A model generated the notes under the pieces. That model was given only the letters and a program-made list of their open reading frames with translations. It ran no database searches and had not been told where the DNA came from. A program made the position numbers and the translations under genes. DNA of 62,941 nt, the filler included, from Hyphochytrium catenoides (Eukaryota; Protista; Hyphochytriomycota), in the NCBI GenBank assembly GCA_900088475.1. It is 13 parts of 13 records of this genome, joined end to end, with 100 filler letters (N's around TTAATTAATTAA, not from the genome) between each part and the next. Parts side by side here need not be neighbours in the genome. Positions count along the whole stretch, not along the records: positions 7,174 to 14,192 come from FLMG01000046.1; positions 14,293 to 18,107 come from FLMG01003921.1; positions 18,208 to 23,420 come from FLMG01004363.1; positions 23,521 to 34,718 come from FLMG01003905.1; 9 more parts are not named here. The stretch is one strand, 5' to 3'. Below are positions 11,234-24,031 of the stretch, in pieces. Position 1 is the first letter of the stretch. Each line of letters opens with the position of its first letter.

Positions 11234-14145
11234 CTACTCTGTCTTGCGCTTCTTTCTCTCTGGCAGGTCTAGACTGCCCATGCCGCCCATCTTCTGAGCA
11301 TTCTTGGAAAGCAGCCTTCCGGAGGAATAGAGAAAGGGTTCGGTATCAGATAGTGATAAACTATTCAGAGATTAGAGATTAGAGGCGAAGAGAGGTAGTG
11401 CGACAGGAAGCACCTCTTAAGAGCGACAGAGCAATCGAAGACGTGATGCCCAGGCACCGAACAACAAAAGAGAGAAATAGTAAAGAGACGCTTCAGTAAG
11501 AGTGAACGGATGGCCCCTCACTTTTCATTTTGAGCCCAAAGCGTGTCAAAGTTCGTGGTATCCTCAGCGACAAGATGCTTCCACTTGGTCCTTTGCGTGT
11601 GATGGCACAGAGAGAGAGAAGAAAAGACACGATTCAATGAAAGCTAAAAGAGTCTCTGGCCCGCGTCGTAACCTTGTCCATTTTCTTTCCTTGTCTCTCT
11701 CTTCATTGTCTTCACACTCTTTTCTCTCCTGGCTCCTCTCTCTCGTCGTCAATCCAGTCTCATTTCGCCCATTCTCTCCCCTTGTTTACTTACTGCCCTG
11801 AACGACCAAAGTTCTTGACTTGCATAACAGCTGGAAGGGCAGCTTTGTTGAACTTATCCTCCAAGGTTGGCTCAGCATAATCTCGTTTTCTAACATCCTT
11901 CTCATCGGCAACACTGCTCTCGTCCTACACAATGGACCGAAGCCGGAGAGATGAGAAGTCGATGGGGAGACAGAGAAGGAGCCCAGCGCGGGGCAAACAC
12001 GCAGCCTCCCAGGTGGTTGGCAAGCAGATACAACGTTTAGGTGCAGATTGGATAGGGCAGCCAGCACTGCCCATGCCACACTCCAGACAACACGGTTAAA
12101 TGGAACAGAGCGCGGCTTTGCAACGAGTCACAGAATAGTGAAGACTCAGGGGAAAGAGAGGGAGCCATAAACTGTCCTCTCATGATACAGGGAACCAGTG
12201 TGAGCATAGAAAGACTGAGAGTGAGACAGAGCCAGAGACACAGAGCGAGACCGAGAAAAGGAGAGAGAAAGAAACAAGAGAGAGAGAGTGAAACGGAGGT
12301 TGGATTGAGAGCGAAGAGACAGAGAGGGATGCACAGCGAGAGAAACCAGCCAAACACACAGGGTCAAAAGTAAAACGAAACCGGGAAGAGAGCGCTGACC
12401 ATAAAGAAGGCTCCTTTGTGGTAGTACTTCTGCATAAAGTTCCATTTCTTCTTCTCCTTTGCTTTGTCCTTTTCCAATCTCTTTAACTCCTGCAGGTGCT
12501 CCTCCTCAGTCATGTTCCTCCTTCGTTCTATCTCTTGCCGCTCCTTCTCCGCTGCAGCCTTCTCTTCTCTCTCTCTATGCAAAAAGTAGAACGTAATCCG
12601 TCATTTTGGCTGGCTCTTGCGAAGTAAGCCGACAATTACCAGCTAGGGCGTAATACAGCGGAAAGTGCCAAGACAAAGTGAAAGTTCTACAACGGTCACG
12701 AGGAGAGATGTCACGACGAAGGAAGAGGGACGTTAAGGAGCAGAAGGTCATTGAAGCAGCGGAAGGCGAGCTATTATTAGGACTAGGAACAGCGCAACGA
12801 AGGAGGAGCAGAGAGCGTCCATGGACCTTTTGATTCTTCTGAGTTCCCTCAGTTTCCAGCCCTCAAACTCTGCTTCAGGATCTACTCCATCAGTGTCGTC
12901 AGGCATTCCTGCCTTATCTTCTGCATTCGCTGCCGTTCCTTCGATCGCAGCTGCTGCCACTTCTCGCTGAACAGTGTCCGCAACCAATTGACGTGTCTCT
13001 AGAATCTTGGCTTCTCGCTGAAGAGGGCAGAACGAGGAGAGAGAGGCGGTTGAAAAGTAAAAAGGGTCATTATGAGCTATCACGGGAAAGGCTTGCTAAA
13101 CCATTGGCTGGTGCGCAGTCAGGTGACATTAGCTTGTATCTATCCCGCCTCACCTTCTCTTTCTTCTTCCTCTCTCGCTCTGCTTCTTTCTCGGCTTCCT
13201 TTTGCCAGTCTACTATAGTGTCCCTCGCAGCCTGGACATTTATAATGACTGAGTTAAATTGCAAGCAGAGCAATCCGTGCATTGAAAGGAGAAGAAAGTG
13301 GAAGAAGGAGGAGATGCTAGGAAGGGATGGAGAACTTCTTAGGTTCTACCGTGAGGCATTGTTTGCTGAGTATAGAAGAGGCAAGAAGTGTATCAAGGTG
13401 AGGCAGTGGTAGTAGATACCTTAGGAACAAACACTGGCTTAAGAAGCTCCTCGTCATCCTCCTCTGAAGCATCTGTGTCGGTCTCCCATTCAGATTCTTC
13501 CTCCTCTTCTTCTGCTTTTTCAGCTTTCGTTGGCTGAGAGCCGTCAAGAAAGATAATCATTCGAGACAAGAAGAGAGTGAGAAGGGGCAGAAGCGGGGCA
13601 TGGCAACACGAAAAAAAACGAGAGGGAGAAAGGGCCAGAGACCGCGCATGTAGAACTCTGTAGACAACCCACCAGTGCCCTTATAAGGCATATTTTAGGG
13701 GCGATAGGTTTAGAGACAAGGTGGGACGGCAGGTGAAAATAAAGCTTGGACTTCTTCTTCACCTCTTCTTCTTCCTCACGGGCTAGTTCTTCTTCCTCTT
13801 CCTTTATTTGCTGAAGTCTGGCACGGATCCTGCAACAAAAAGACAGATTATTGAAGATGGCGGGAAATGAAAGAGTTGACACCGCCCACGACTCTTGGCA
13901 AGCGTGGCAAAAGAGGAAAGTTCCTACGACAGAAAGGAAGCCCTGCCTACCTAGCGCGCCGAGCTGCTATCTCTTCCTCGTCTTCCTCCTCTTCTTCCGG
14001 CGCTTCCTCTATTACCCATGAGTCCGTCAGTGGAGCGAGCCCTAATGTACGCTGCAAAGAGAGAAACCTACCTTGTTCTTCCTCGCTCTCCTCTTCCTCC
14101 TCTTGTTCTCTTTCTCTAGCTCGTGCTCGAGCACGCCTTCGAGCC
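11234..14145 (-). CDS. MFAP1: Microfibrillar-associated protein 1 (spliceosomal B-complex factor), 5'-truncated at the contig edge
   Basis: Exons encode GMPDDTDGVDPEAEFEGWKLRELRRIKR, RRNMTEEE..KWNFMQKYYHKGAFF, PTLEDKFNKAALPAVMQVKNFGRSG and KWKHLVAEDTT. Last exon LLSKNAQKMGGMGSLDLPERKKRKTE* ends at TAG 11236-11234. Confidence 0.92.
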
Positions 14146-14306
14146 TCGGGGAAGAGAATTCACTTAGTTCCTCGCCTGTCTTCTCCCTTTGANNNNNNNN
14201 NNNNNNNNNNNNNNNNNNNNNNNNNNNNNNNNNNNNTTAATTAATTAANNNNNNNNNNNNNNNNNNNNNNNNNNNNNNNNNNNNNNNNNNNNGAAAAAGA
14301 GAAAAG

Positions 14307-14350
<44 letters not shown>

Positions 14351-14540
14351 GCGCGCGAGAGAGAAGAGAAAAAGTAGCAAACTCTTGAAAGGATGGCACA
14401 ATTGGACAAAGTTTGAGAAGACACGCAGATATTCGATGGAGAGAGACCAAGAAAAAGAAGAGAAGAGAAGAGGGAAAGATACAGAGAGAGAAAAAGAGAA
14501 AGAGATATAGAGAGAGAGACAGGGAGAGAGAGAGAGAGAG

Positions 14541-16156
14541 TACCCTCTTCCACAGCTGACGATCCGGAATCTGCAGTCTGTCTCCTGATGCCGTGGAAGC
14601 TCTTCCGAAGGAACAGAAGACCCGCAGCCTCGAGGACAATTGATGAGACGCAGGCGACAAGTGCGAGAGAGATGAAGTTCCAGGTCCTGACATGACGCGG
14701 GGGAGAGAGAGAGAGAGAGAGAGAGAAAGAGCAATCAAAGAGAGAGAGAGAACGAGAGGGAGAGAAAAAGTGAAAATGGAGAAAAGAGCAGGACAAAAAC
14801 GAAAGAGAGAGTGAGGCAGAAGGCGAGAGAAGAGAAGAGAGGAATGATGGCACTTGTTCATCGGAAGATCTTAGAGAGAGAGAGGGGGCACTATTCTGAT
14901 GAGTGATCTCTGTCTGGTCTCTTCTCTCTCTCTTTCTCTTTTCACCATGATGTCTTCCTTTCTCCTCCTTTACCTTGTCCATCACTTCCTCCTGACAGCC
15001 CAGAGGACAGCGCTGGATTCTTGCCGGACAAGCAAATTTCTTGTGATCTGGAAGGAAGAAGAGAGAGAGGCACAAGAATGGGAGAGAGAGAGAGGAGGGG
15101 CATGAAGGAGAAGAGAGAGAGAGAGAACGAAAAAGGAAGAAAGATAGAACGACCAAAAAGAAAAAGAGAGAGTAAAGGAAAAAGAAGAGAAAGAGGAGAG
15201 ATAAGTGATGACACTGCCAAACCGAGGACGATGAAGCGCTTTGTAGTAATGCCTCCCTCATTTAAACCTTCTCTCTCTCTTTCTCTTGCTCTCTCTCTCC
15301 CTCTCTCATGCAATGCGTCTCTCTCTCTCTCTCTCTGTTCCAGTTGCCTTAAGGTTGAGACGCTCATCTCTAGTCTCCTCACCGAAAAGCTCTCCAAAGA
15401 GTATCTCCGCTGCGCACCAGTCACACTTTTTTTCTGAAGGTATCAGAAGAGAGAGAGAAAAACACCACAAGTCCGTTTAAGAAAGGAGAAAGAGGACGAA
15501 TAGGTCATAGAAACAGAGACAGAGAGAAGAAAAGTGAGAGAGAGAGAGTAAACAGGAAATGAACTTTACTGAGAGTGGCGCACTCAAAAGGGAAAAGAAA
15601 GAAAGGAAAAGAGATACAGGGAGAAAGGGGGAAGAAAGAGAGAGAGAAGAAGCAGAAAGAAAGACAGGAACAGAGAGAGAGGAAAAGTAGGGAGAGAATA
15701 AAAAAGAGACCAATGGGAAGGAGAGACAGAGAGAGACAGGCGAGGGAAGAGGCCTAAGCAGCAAATGAAGTTGAGAGGGAGCGTCTGAGAAAGAGAGAGA
15801 GAGAGAGAAAAAGGATTCATCATCAGGCGCTACTCCTATAAGGATTGAGTGCAAAGAAAGAGACGAGAGGCGAGATCACGAGAGAAAGGAAGAGTAAAGA
15901 TCTATGTGAAGTGAAGTAGTAAGGAGAGAGAAGAGAAACGTACTTGCATTGGCACATTCTCTCTCCTGATGTCCCTTGAGTTGCTCATAACGGAGAGTGA
16001 CGCCGCAGAGGAGAGGACAAGAGACAACTCTAAGGTCACATTCTTCCTCTGTGTGCTGCTGGAGTTGACCCGCAAAGACGAGAGAGGAGCAGCCGAGAGG
16101 ACATTGGACGGGTCTGAAGAGAAAGAAAGAGAAGGAAGAGAGAGAGACAGAGAGAC

Positions 16157-16201
<45 letters not shown>

Positions 16202-16374
16202 TGCACGACGAGAGATGGTGGGGAAGAGAGGTCAGTCAAGGAAGTGACAAAAATTTGACGAAGGAAAGGAAGCGAGATAGCGCCCCACCCGTAGGCCCCC
16301 TGTTGCGCTCTCTCTCCGTAACCATCCCAGTCTCTCCTGGCTTTAATCTTCGTCGATTCTTATGCAGAGCCCTT

Positions 16375-16418
<44 letters not shown>

Positions 16419-16712
16419 TTCTGTCTCTGCGTGTCTCACCTCAGTCTGCATTCATCCTTGATGTGCGTTTCCATGTAGTCTCTGCGCACTTTATCTCCAC
16501 ACTTGTTGGTACAAAAAAGTAACGTCTTTGGGCAGATATGCGCACGATGGTGCTCCTCGTCCTCAGCTGTGTGCCAATCCGCACAATGTGCGCAGCTGAC
16601 GGAGCGGCGGGGACAATCTTCTTCCTCGTGAGCGAGCAGCGCAGGATAACGGAGAATTTTCTCGCAGCCAAGCCTGGGAGAGGGAGGGAGAGAGACAGAA
16701 AGGAGAGACGGG

Positions 16713-16751
<39 letters not shown>

Positions 16752-17005
16752 GGAGAGAGAGAGAGGGAGAGCGAGAGAGAGAGGGAGAGAGAGAGAGAGG
16801 GAGAGAAAGAAAAAGAGACATAAGGATATGAGACAATGCGAGAGAAGAGAAGAAGAGAGAGAAGAAGGGAAGAGGAAGGAACGAGGAGAGAGAAAAAGGA
16901 GGAGGGAAAAAACAGAGAGAGGAAACGTCATACGAGACGACGAGCGACTCGGACCAAAGAAGAAGAAGAAGAAGAAGAGAGAGACACAGAGAGGGACAGA
17001 GAGAC

Positions 17006-17052
<47 letters not shown>

Positions 17053-17810
17053 CCAAGAGAGAAAAATATACAGCGGTGAAAGAGACCCAAGATAATAGAA
17101 AAGCAAGTGAGATGGAGACACTTGGATCGAGTCAACAAAGGAGAGAAGAGAAGAAGAGAAGAGAGGAGAGAAGAGAAGAGAAGAGAGAAAGAAAAGACCT
17201 GCACTGCTCCAATCTATTCTCGCATCTTCTTTCTGTGTGAACCTTCAGACCCGCGACAGGAACCTTCAGGCCGCAAGACAGAGGACAGAGAACAGACCTC
17301 AGCGGACACTCTGAGGTCTCATGGCGAGAGAGAGAGAGAAAGGAAGAGAAAGAGGGACATTGCCAATCCTCTCTCCCTGTTGACGAAGAAAGAGGAGTGA
17401 TGCAGAAGAGAGATACACCACTCTCATCATCTTCTTCTTCCTCTTTTCTCTCTTTTGCTGTTGTTTGACACCTGTCCGATGAAGAGGAGGGAGAGAGAGG
17501 AATACTTGTCTCTCTCTTATCTTGCGCGGTTTCTCTTTGTATTTCCTTCTTTTTCTCGTTCTCAAAGAAAAGAGAGAGTCTCCCTTCTTCTCCTTCCTCT
17601 TTCTCTCCGCTGAGGCCTGTACAAATCTCTCTCTCTCCTGTGTGTTTAAGGCGTTGCGCCGTGTGTTTCCCTGTGTCTCTGTCAAAGGAGGAGAGAACGA
17701 TTGTCTCTCCCACTCTTTCCAGGAGAGAAGAGAAATAGAAAAGAAGGAACTTGAATCTCTCTCTCTCTTTCTCCTTCCATTGCTCCACATACTGCTTTGA
17801 CGCCTGCACG
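14541..17810 (-). CDS. TRAF-type zinc-finger repeat protein (partial, multi-exon)
   Basis: Repeated H-x3-C-x6-C-x3-C-like units in short exons: HLSRTCRLRLINCPRGCG..HQETDCRFRIVSC, HKKFACPARIQRCPLGC, HEEEDCPRRSVSCAHC..HICPKTLLFCTNKC, CPLRSVLCPLSCG..HTERRCENRLEQC. Both ends unresolved. Confidence 0.8.
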
Positions 17811-18207
17811 GAGGAGAGAGAGACTTAGAGAAAGAAAGAAAGATCAGGAAGGAGTAATAACTTATAGGGAAGACAGGAAACGAAGTATGAGAGAGGACAA
17901 CAAAAGAAGGATTGAGAGTAGAGCTCAAAAGGAGAGAGTGAGGGGGAGACAGAGAGAGAGAGAGAGAGAAGGAAAGCGAGGAAAAGAGAGAGAGAGAGGG
18001 AGGTAAAGAGATAGAGAGAGACAGAAGATAAAGAAGAGAGGAGAGGAAGAGAGAGAGAGAGAGAGAAAACGAGGGAGCGACAGAGAGAGAGAGAGAAGAG
18101 AGAGAGANNNNNNNNNNNNNNNNNNNNNNNNNNNNNNNNNNNNNNNNNNNNTTAATTAATTAANNNNNNNNNNNNNNNNNNNNNNNNNNNNNNNNNNNNN
18201 NNNNNNN

Positions 18208-18241
<34 letters not shown>

Positions 18242-18725
18242 GAAAAGAGAAAGAGCGGGAAAGGGGAGAGCGTAGGGAGAAAGAGAGACAAGAGTAGAAG
18301 TAGGAGGAGACGAGCAACGGAAAGACAGAGGAGAGAGAAGAACGAGAGCGAGGAAGAGGAGATAGGAAAGAGAAAGAGAGAAGTTAGTCCCTAAAAGATG
18401 GAAGAGGCCACAAGAGGTCGAAGTGAAAGGAGAGACGAGGCCAAAGACGCCAATCAAAGAAAGTGTTCACAACAGGTACACAGGACCCAGCACAGCGGAT
18501 GGGAGAGAGAAAGAGAAGAAAGAGGGAACAAATAAAAGGATATTTCAGCAGGTACACCAAGCGAGACCAGCAGTAAAGAGAGAAGAGAGAGAGAGACAAA
18601 AAGAAAGAGAAAGCCCTCAAAGGAGAGAGAAGAGGGGAAGAGAGAAAGCAGAACTCGACACAACTTGAGAAAGGAACAATAAACAGTGTGTGGAAGAAAG
18701 AGAGAGAGAAAGGGGAGAGAGAGAC

Positions 18726-19578
18726 CTTCAGGGCCAGCAGTAGGAGAAACGTCTCCACACTGTAAAATCCTCTGTCTACGAAGTCTCCCATGAAAAGATA
18801 GTTTGTGTCCGGANNNNNNNNNNNNNNNNNNNNNNNNNNNNNNNNNNNNNNNNNNNNNNNNNNNNNNNNNNNNNNNNNNNNNNNNNNNNTGGAGGTCAGA
18901 GAGCCGGAGATACAGGAAGAGACACAGAAGGTGGAGAGAGAAGGAAGAAGAGGGAGGAGAGAGAAAGGAGAGGAGAGACAAGAGAAAGAGAGACAAGAAA
19001 AAAGGAGAGTGAGATGGTTGGGGCAAGGAAGAGGCAGCAAGGAGAGCCGAGAAAGAGAGCGAATGAGGAAGGGCAAGAAGAAAGAAACGAGGCATGCAAA
19101 GAGAGAGAGTGACAAAACGAGGGATGAGAAGAAAGAGAGAAATGGGGCGTTGGAAAGAGAGAAAGAAACGGAACCGCGGAAAGTAAAAGGAAAAGAGAGA
19201 AAAGAGAAGCGAGAAAGAGAGAAGACAGTAGTACAGGGATAATGACTATGAGGGGCACGTCGTCAAGGGGAGAGGGAATGAAGGAGAGAGAAGAAAGACA
19301 AACAAAGACTGCACTTGGGAGATGAAAGAGAGAGGGGAAACATACTGTGACTGGTGCGTCTACACGCTGGACATTGCTCTCATCCACTAAAATCTCCCGC
19401 GCTTTCTGACATAAGGCTTTCACCTAATATGCAATTCGGGAAGAGAGAGAGAGAGGCAGGAGAAGAGAGAGAGAGAGAGGCAGGAGAAGAGAGCGTCACC
19501 GACAGTTGTGATGTTAGCTGACTAGGTGAATGGGCCAAAGAAGAAAGGGAAGAGTAGACAGCACAGCAGAGACAGACA

Positions 19579-19616
<38 letters not shown>

Positions 19617-19841
19617 CGAAGTCGTGCAAAAATATTCAAATATCTAGAGCCAGAGAGGTCAAATGAGAGAGAAGAGAGATGACTTGAGACAGATGTCATG
19701 GAAAGAGAGAGATGTAGGGAGAGGAGCAATGAGACAGAGAGATAGAAAGACAGAGAACAGAAGCGATACCTCGCTCTCCTTCAGATATTCACATCGCTTC
19801 AGCTGCTCTATTTGCCGATCAAGGTCACTCATGGACGTCAT
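18726..19841 (-). CDS. PPP4C: Serine/threonine protein phosphatase 4 catalytic subunit (PPP family), N-terminal part
   Basis: Exons 19841-19770 ([24 protein letters not shown]), 19423-19346 ([26 protein letters not shown]) and ..18726 ([29 protein letters not shown]). The [10 protein letters not shown] and GFYSVETF signatures favour PP4 over PP2A/PP6. Confidence 0.9.
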
Positions 19842-20483
19842 TTTCCCTTGAAACGAATGCCTTTCCTGAGCCTATTCTCTCTCTTCTCTTCTTCTGTCTT
19901 TCTCTCTCTCTCTCTCCCGTGAGGGCAATTGGTTCTGAGAGTTAAGACTAAGGAGCGAGCGTCTGTGCTCCACAGAGTTCAAAGAGTCAGAGAATCTTCC
20001 ACAGTTTCTCTCGTTTTCTCTCTCTCTCTCTCTTTGTCTCTTCAGATCTTCAAAACTCCAATATTTCTGTCTCTCCTTCTCCTTCTCTCTCAACCCAGAG
20101 ATGTGCTGTCTCTTTCTCCGCTAACAAGCTTCAGAATGAAGGTCTCTTGCTTTCTCTTTGTATAATATCTGGTGATTATCGTGTCGTGCTGTGGAATGTG
20201 TACGAACGAGAGAGAGAAAAGATCGATGTGGGACGCTGTGAACGAACAATCTCTATTGTCTAACCTCTTTCTTTCTTCCTGTCTCTCTCTCTGTCTCTCT
20301 CTCTCGCACATATTCTCTCTCTCTCTCTCTCTCTTCTCTCTGTCGAGGTTTCTCTCCCTCTCTTTCTCTCTTTCTCTCTGTCTCTCTTTCTTTTCTCTCA
20401 AGAGGTTCTTCCTCTCTCTCTCTCTCTCTCTCNNNNNNNNNNNNNNNNNNNNNNNNNNNNNNNNNNNNNNNNNNNNNNNNNNN

Positions 20484-20521
<38 letters not shown>

Positions 20522-21049
20522 AAGGCTTCTTCGTATCTCTTGGCCTCTTCGTCTCGCTCTGTCTCTATTATTAACTATCGTCTCCCCCATTATTCCATTT
20601 CTCTTTCTCGACTCTGTCTCTCTCTGTATCATCATTCTGCTTGGCAGTATGCCATGTGAAAATTCCCATGTCAAACATATTATTGAGCTCCGCTCTATAT
20701 ATACCTACTTCTTGTAGGAATATATATTACTACTCCCAAGCTTTCGTCGAAAATCTTTTTTTTATAAAATACTGGAATTTTGGGGATGCATCATAATCAC
20801 ATCACAGAGTATGAGGTTATCTGATAACTGACAACGTGATTATTGGAAGCCTAGTCTGAATATCAAAGCAGCCTCGATGAATGACAATAATCGATCCCAT
20901 TTCTTTCTTCTTTCCTTTTATGAGTCTTTTATGAATATTTTATTACGGCCTGGTAACTACTCCTATAGTCCTATCCATTAGTTTATTGTGTTTTTATTTC
21001 TTGTTATTTCTCTGTCGTCCTACTATTGTGACCCGGAAAGAAAAAAACG

Positions 21050-21430
21050 GAAGATGCTAGAGAAGAAGGAGAAGAAGAGCAACAAGATGAAGAGAAAGAG
21101 TAAGAAGAAGAAGAGTAATGAAGAAGAACAAGAAGAAGAAGAGGATGAAAAAGAGGAAGAAGAAGAGGAGGAAGAAGAAGATGAAGAATACTAAGAAAGA
21201 GTAATGGAAGGAAGAACAGAAAGAGGATGAAGAAGAGGAAGACGAAGTGAGGAAGAAGAAGGAGAAAGAGACGAGGAAGAAGAAAAGGAGGAAGAAAAAG
21301 AGGATGAAAATAAGATGAAGAGGAAGAAGGACAAAGAGGAAGAAGACAAGGAAGATGAAGAGGAAGGAGAAGAAGAAGAGCAAGAAGGAAGAAGAAGAAA
21401 AGAGGAATAAAAGTGAATAGAGAAGAAGCG
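21050..21430. repeat. Imperfect (GAA/GAG)n trinucleotide tract
   Basis: About 380 nt of GAA/GAG/GAT triplets, distinct from the dominant (GA)n dinucleotide repeat. Confidence 0.85.
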
Positions 21431-21848
21431 GAAAGTTTAGAGACAGAAGCTACGAGGTCTTCCTCCCAGCATCGTCAGCAATTAGAGAAAAAAGAAAGAA
21501 AATAGTGGGACTTCCTTCGCGATGACAGCATTGAAACCTTGTTGTGTGCATCTGACCCGCGTCTGTCTTCAGAATTTTCTGAAGCTCGTTCAGATGAGTT
21601 ATAAGCCCTAAAGGACACTAACACTCTTGTCTGTCACCTAGATCTGGCATCACTCATAACCCCAGAGAAGAATGCGACAACCTAGACCTTCACCTTTCCT
21701 CTCTGATCCCTCCTTTCCTCTCTGGCCTCCGATATTTCTGCCTCTTCTTGCCCCTAGAGCAGAGCTGTAGTGCCCGCTATAGCTCAGAAATGAAGGCAGG
21801 AGCAAAAGTTCTGGCATCAGCCTTCGAATAGCAGTAGGGACTCTCTCA

Positions 21849-22994
21849 TTATAGACGCGATCGTGGCGTCTCACCTCCTTCCTGCGTTTCTCTCTTCTCT
21901 CCCTTATTCTTTCCTTTCTCCGTGCTAACATTTGCCCCTCGTCTCTCCTCATAGCGCTGCAGTCCCTGTTCGAATCTCCTCACATCCGCTAAAGTCTCAA
22001 GCTCCAGCTGCGGAACTGGAAGAGAGCGAATGGATCCGTCTGGCTCGGCCCCTAGACTGACAAAGATAAATCTAGCATTATTCACGCGCTGAGTCTTTCC
22101 CGTGTAGATATCCTCTGCATCGACCTGGTATATAAAGACGGAGATGGGCGATAATGGAGAGGAGATAGAAGGAGAAGGAGACAACAGAGAAGCGAGAAAG
22201 AAAGGTCAGTGAGCCGACACTGTAAGGTGAAAAGGAAGAGAGAAGGAGAGAGAAAGAGAATGAGGAGTGAGAAGGTATGTACCACTTAGTAGGAAGAGTT
22301 GAGAGACGCACATCATTTGTATCAAACCTTGCAAGGAAACGAGAGATTACGGGTGCGTTCTCAGAACCAAAAAAAAGAGACAAATGCAAAGAGAGTCGAG
22401 AGAGGGAGAACGAGATGAGCAACGATAGATGAGGGAAGAGATAGGGCAAAGGAACAAGAAGAAGAAGAACGAAGAGAAGTGAACATGAGTAGAAAAGAGA
22501 ATGGACAGGGAGAAAGAGATACGGCAAGGATTAGAGAAAAGGTAGGAAGAAAAACCTATAGGGAGAGAAGGTAATAACGCTGGTAGGCGAGGGAAAGTCC
22601 AGAGAAAGACCAGAAGACTGATGAGAAGAGCGACAGAGGAATGCATAGGAAGAGAAGTTATTGGGGCAGAAGAGACTAAGCACTCTCTCTTCCATAAATG
22701 GGCTAATGAGAGCTCTGGTGAGAACGAAGAGAGAAAACGTTCTCTTTGGAAAGTCAACAAGGTAATGGGAACAGCGGCGCAGAAGATGGGGCCACGTAAG
22801 AGAAAGAGAGAGAAGCATGAAAACAAGGGCCAAACAACTGACATTGACTTCAATATCCATGGACCGCTGGCTGACAAAGGCCAGTCGCGCGGTGATCTTG
22901 GCAATGTTTCCATTGTACATCGGCCCTTCAAAGTTCAACGCCTCGATCCTAGCTGTCACCACATTTGTATGGCAGTGACGCCATGCAACGATAC
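21849..22994 (-). CDS. Hotdog-fold acyl-CoA thioesterase (ACOT7/YciA-like), 3' exons
   Basis: Exon 22994-22849 IVAWRHCHTNVVTARIEALNFEGPMYNGNIAKITARLAFVSQRSMDIE joins exon 22124-21849 VDAEDIYTGKTQRVNNARFIFVSL..LPVPQLELET..RRFEQGLQRYEERR, a typical HotDog ACOT pattern. Confidence 0.85.
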
Positions 22995-23358
22995 CTGGGA
23001 AAGGGGAAGAAGGAGCGGAAAAGGAGAAACAGTGAGAAAGAGGACCAAGAGACAACTTCGTAGAGAGAGAAAAAGAAGGAGAATTTTCTAGAATCTAGCT
23101 AGATAGATGGAAGAATGTAAAGAGCGGTCGGTGGGAGAAGCAATCGACGGAAGTAGTAGGAGTCTCCCCAGGAAGCTGCGTAATTTTTCTTCTCCTGGTT
23201 ACAAGCCTGCTTGCCGTTTCGCCACACCTCTCTCTTTTCTCCCTTCTTCACTCCTCTCGCTCGTGCTCCTCTATGGATACACAGACCAAACCTCACTCTC
23301 CAGGCCCTTACTCTCCTCTTCTCTAGCTGGCGGCGGCGCCGCATCTTCTTTCGCTGCT

Positions 23359-23413
<55 letters not shown>

Positions 23414-23975
23414 GTTGTCTNNNNNNNNNNNNNNNNNNNNNNNNNNNNNNNNNNNNNNNNNNNNTTAATTAATTAANNNNNNNNNNNNNNNNNNNNNNNN
23501 NNNNNNNNNNNNNNNNNNNNGTTAAGGGAAGAGGTGTCATCTCTTGTCTCTTTCTCTCTCTCTCTCTCTCTTTCCTCTCACTCTCTTAGGGCTGCTCTCG
23601 TGTCTCTCTCTGTCTCGCCTGTCACTCTCTTCTCTCCCTCAACACCCTTTCTTTCCTATCCAGATCTTTATCGCGCAGTCACCGGTGGCGCCGCTGTTGT
23701 CAGTCCGCCATCGCCTTTTCAGTTACACTCTTTCTTCAGAAAGAGACTGATCCCAAAAGTTCGTGGAGCCTTTCTTCTGTCTACCTCTTTCTCTCTCTCT
23801 CTCTCTCTCTCTTCCCTCTCATCATAACAGCTGGTAGATCTTTTGAAGTGCCGCCATTGTGAACTCTGCCCATCATTCTTTAGTCTCTAACGTCTTCCTG
23901 ATTGTGTTTCTCTCTCCTGCTGTCTCTCTCTCTCTCTCTTCCTGCAGTTAGGCTCCTTGCTCGAGCTTCTCCGCT

Positions 23976-24006
<31 letters not shown>

Positions 24007-24031
24007 TTTTCTCTCTTCTCTCCCTATCCAA

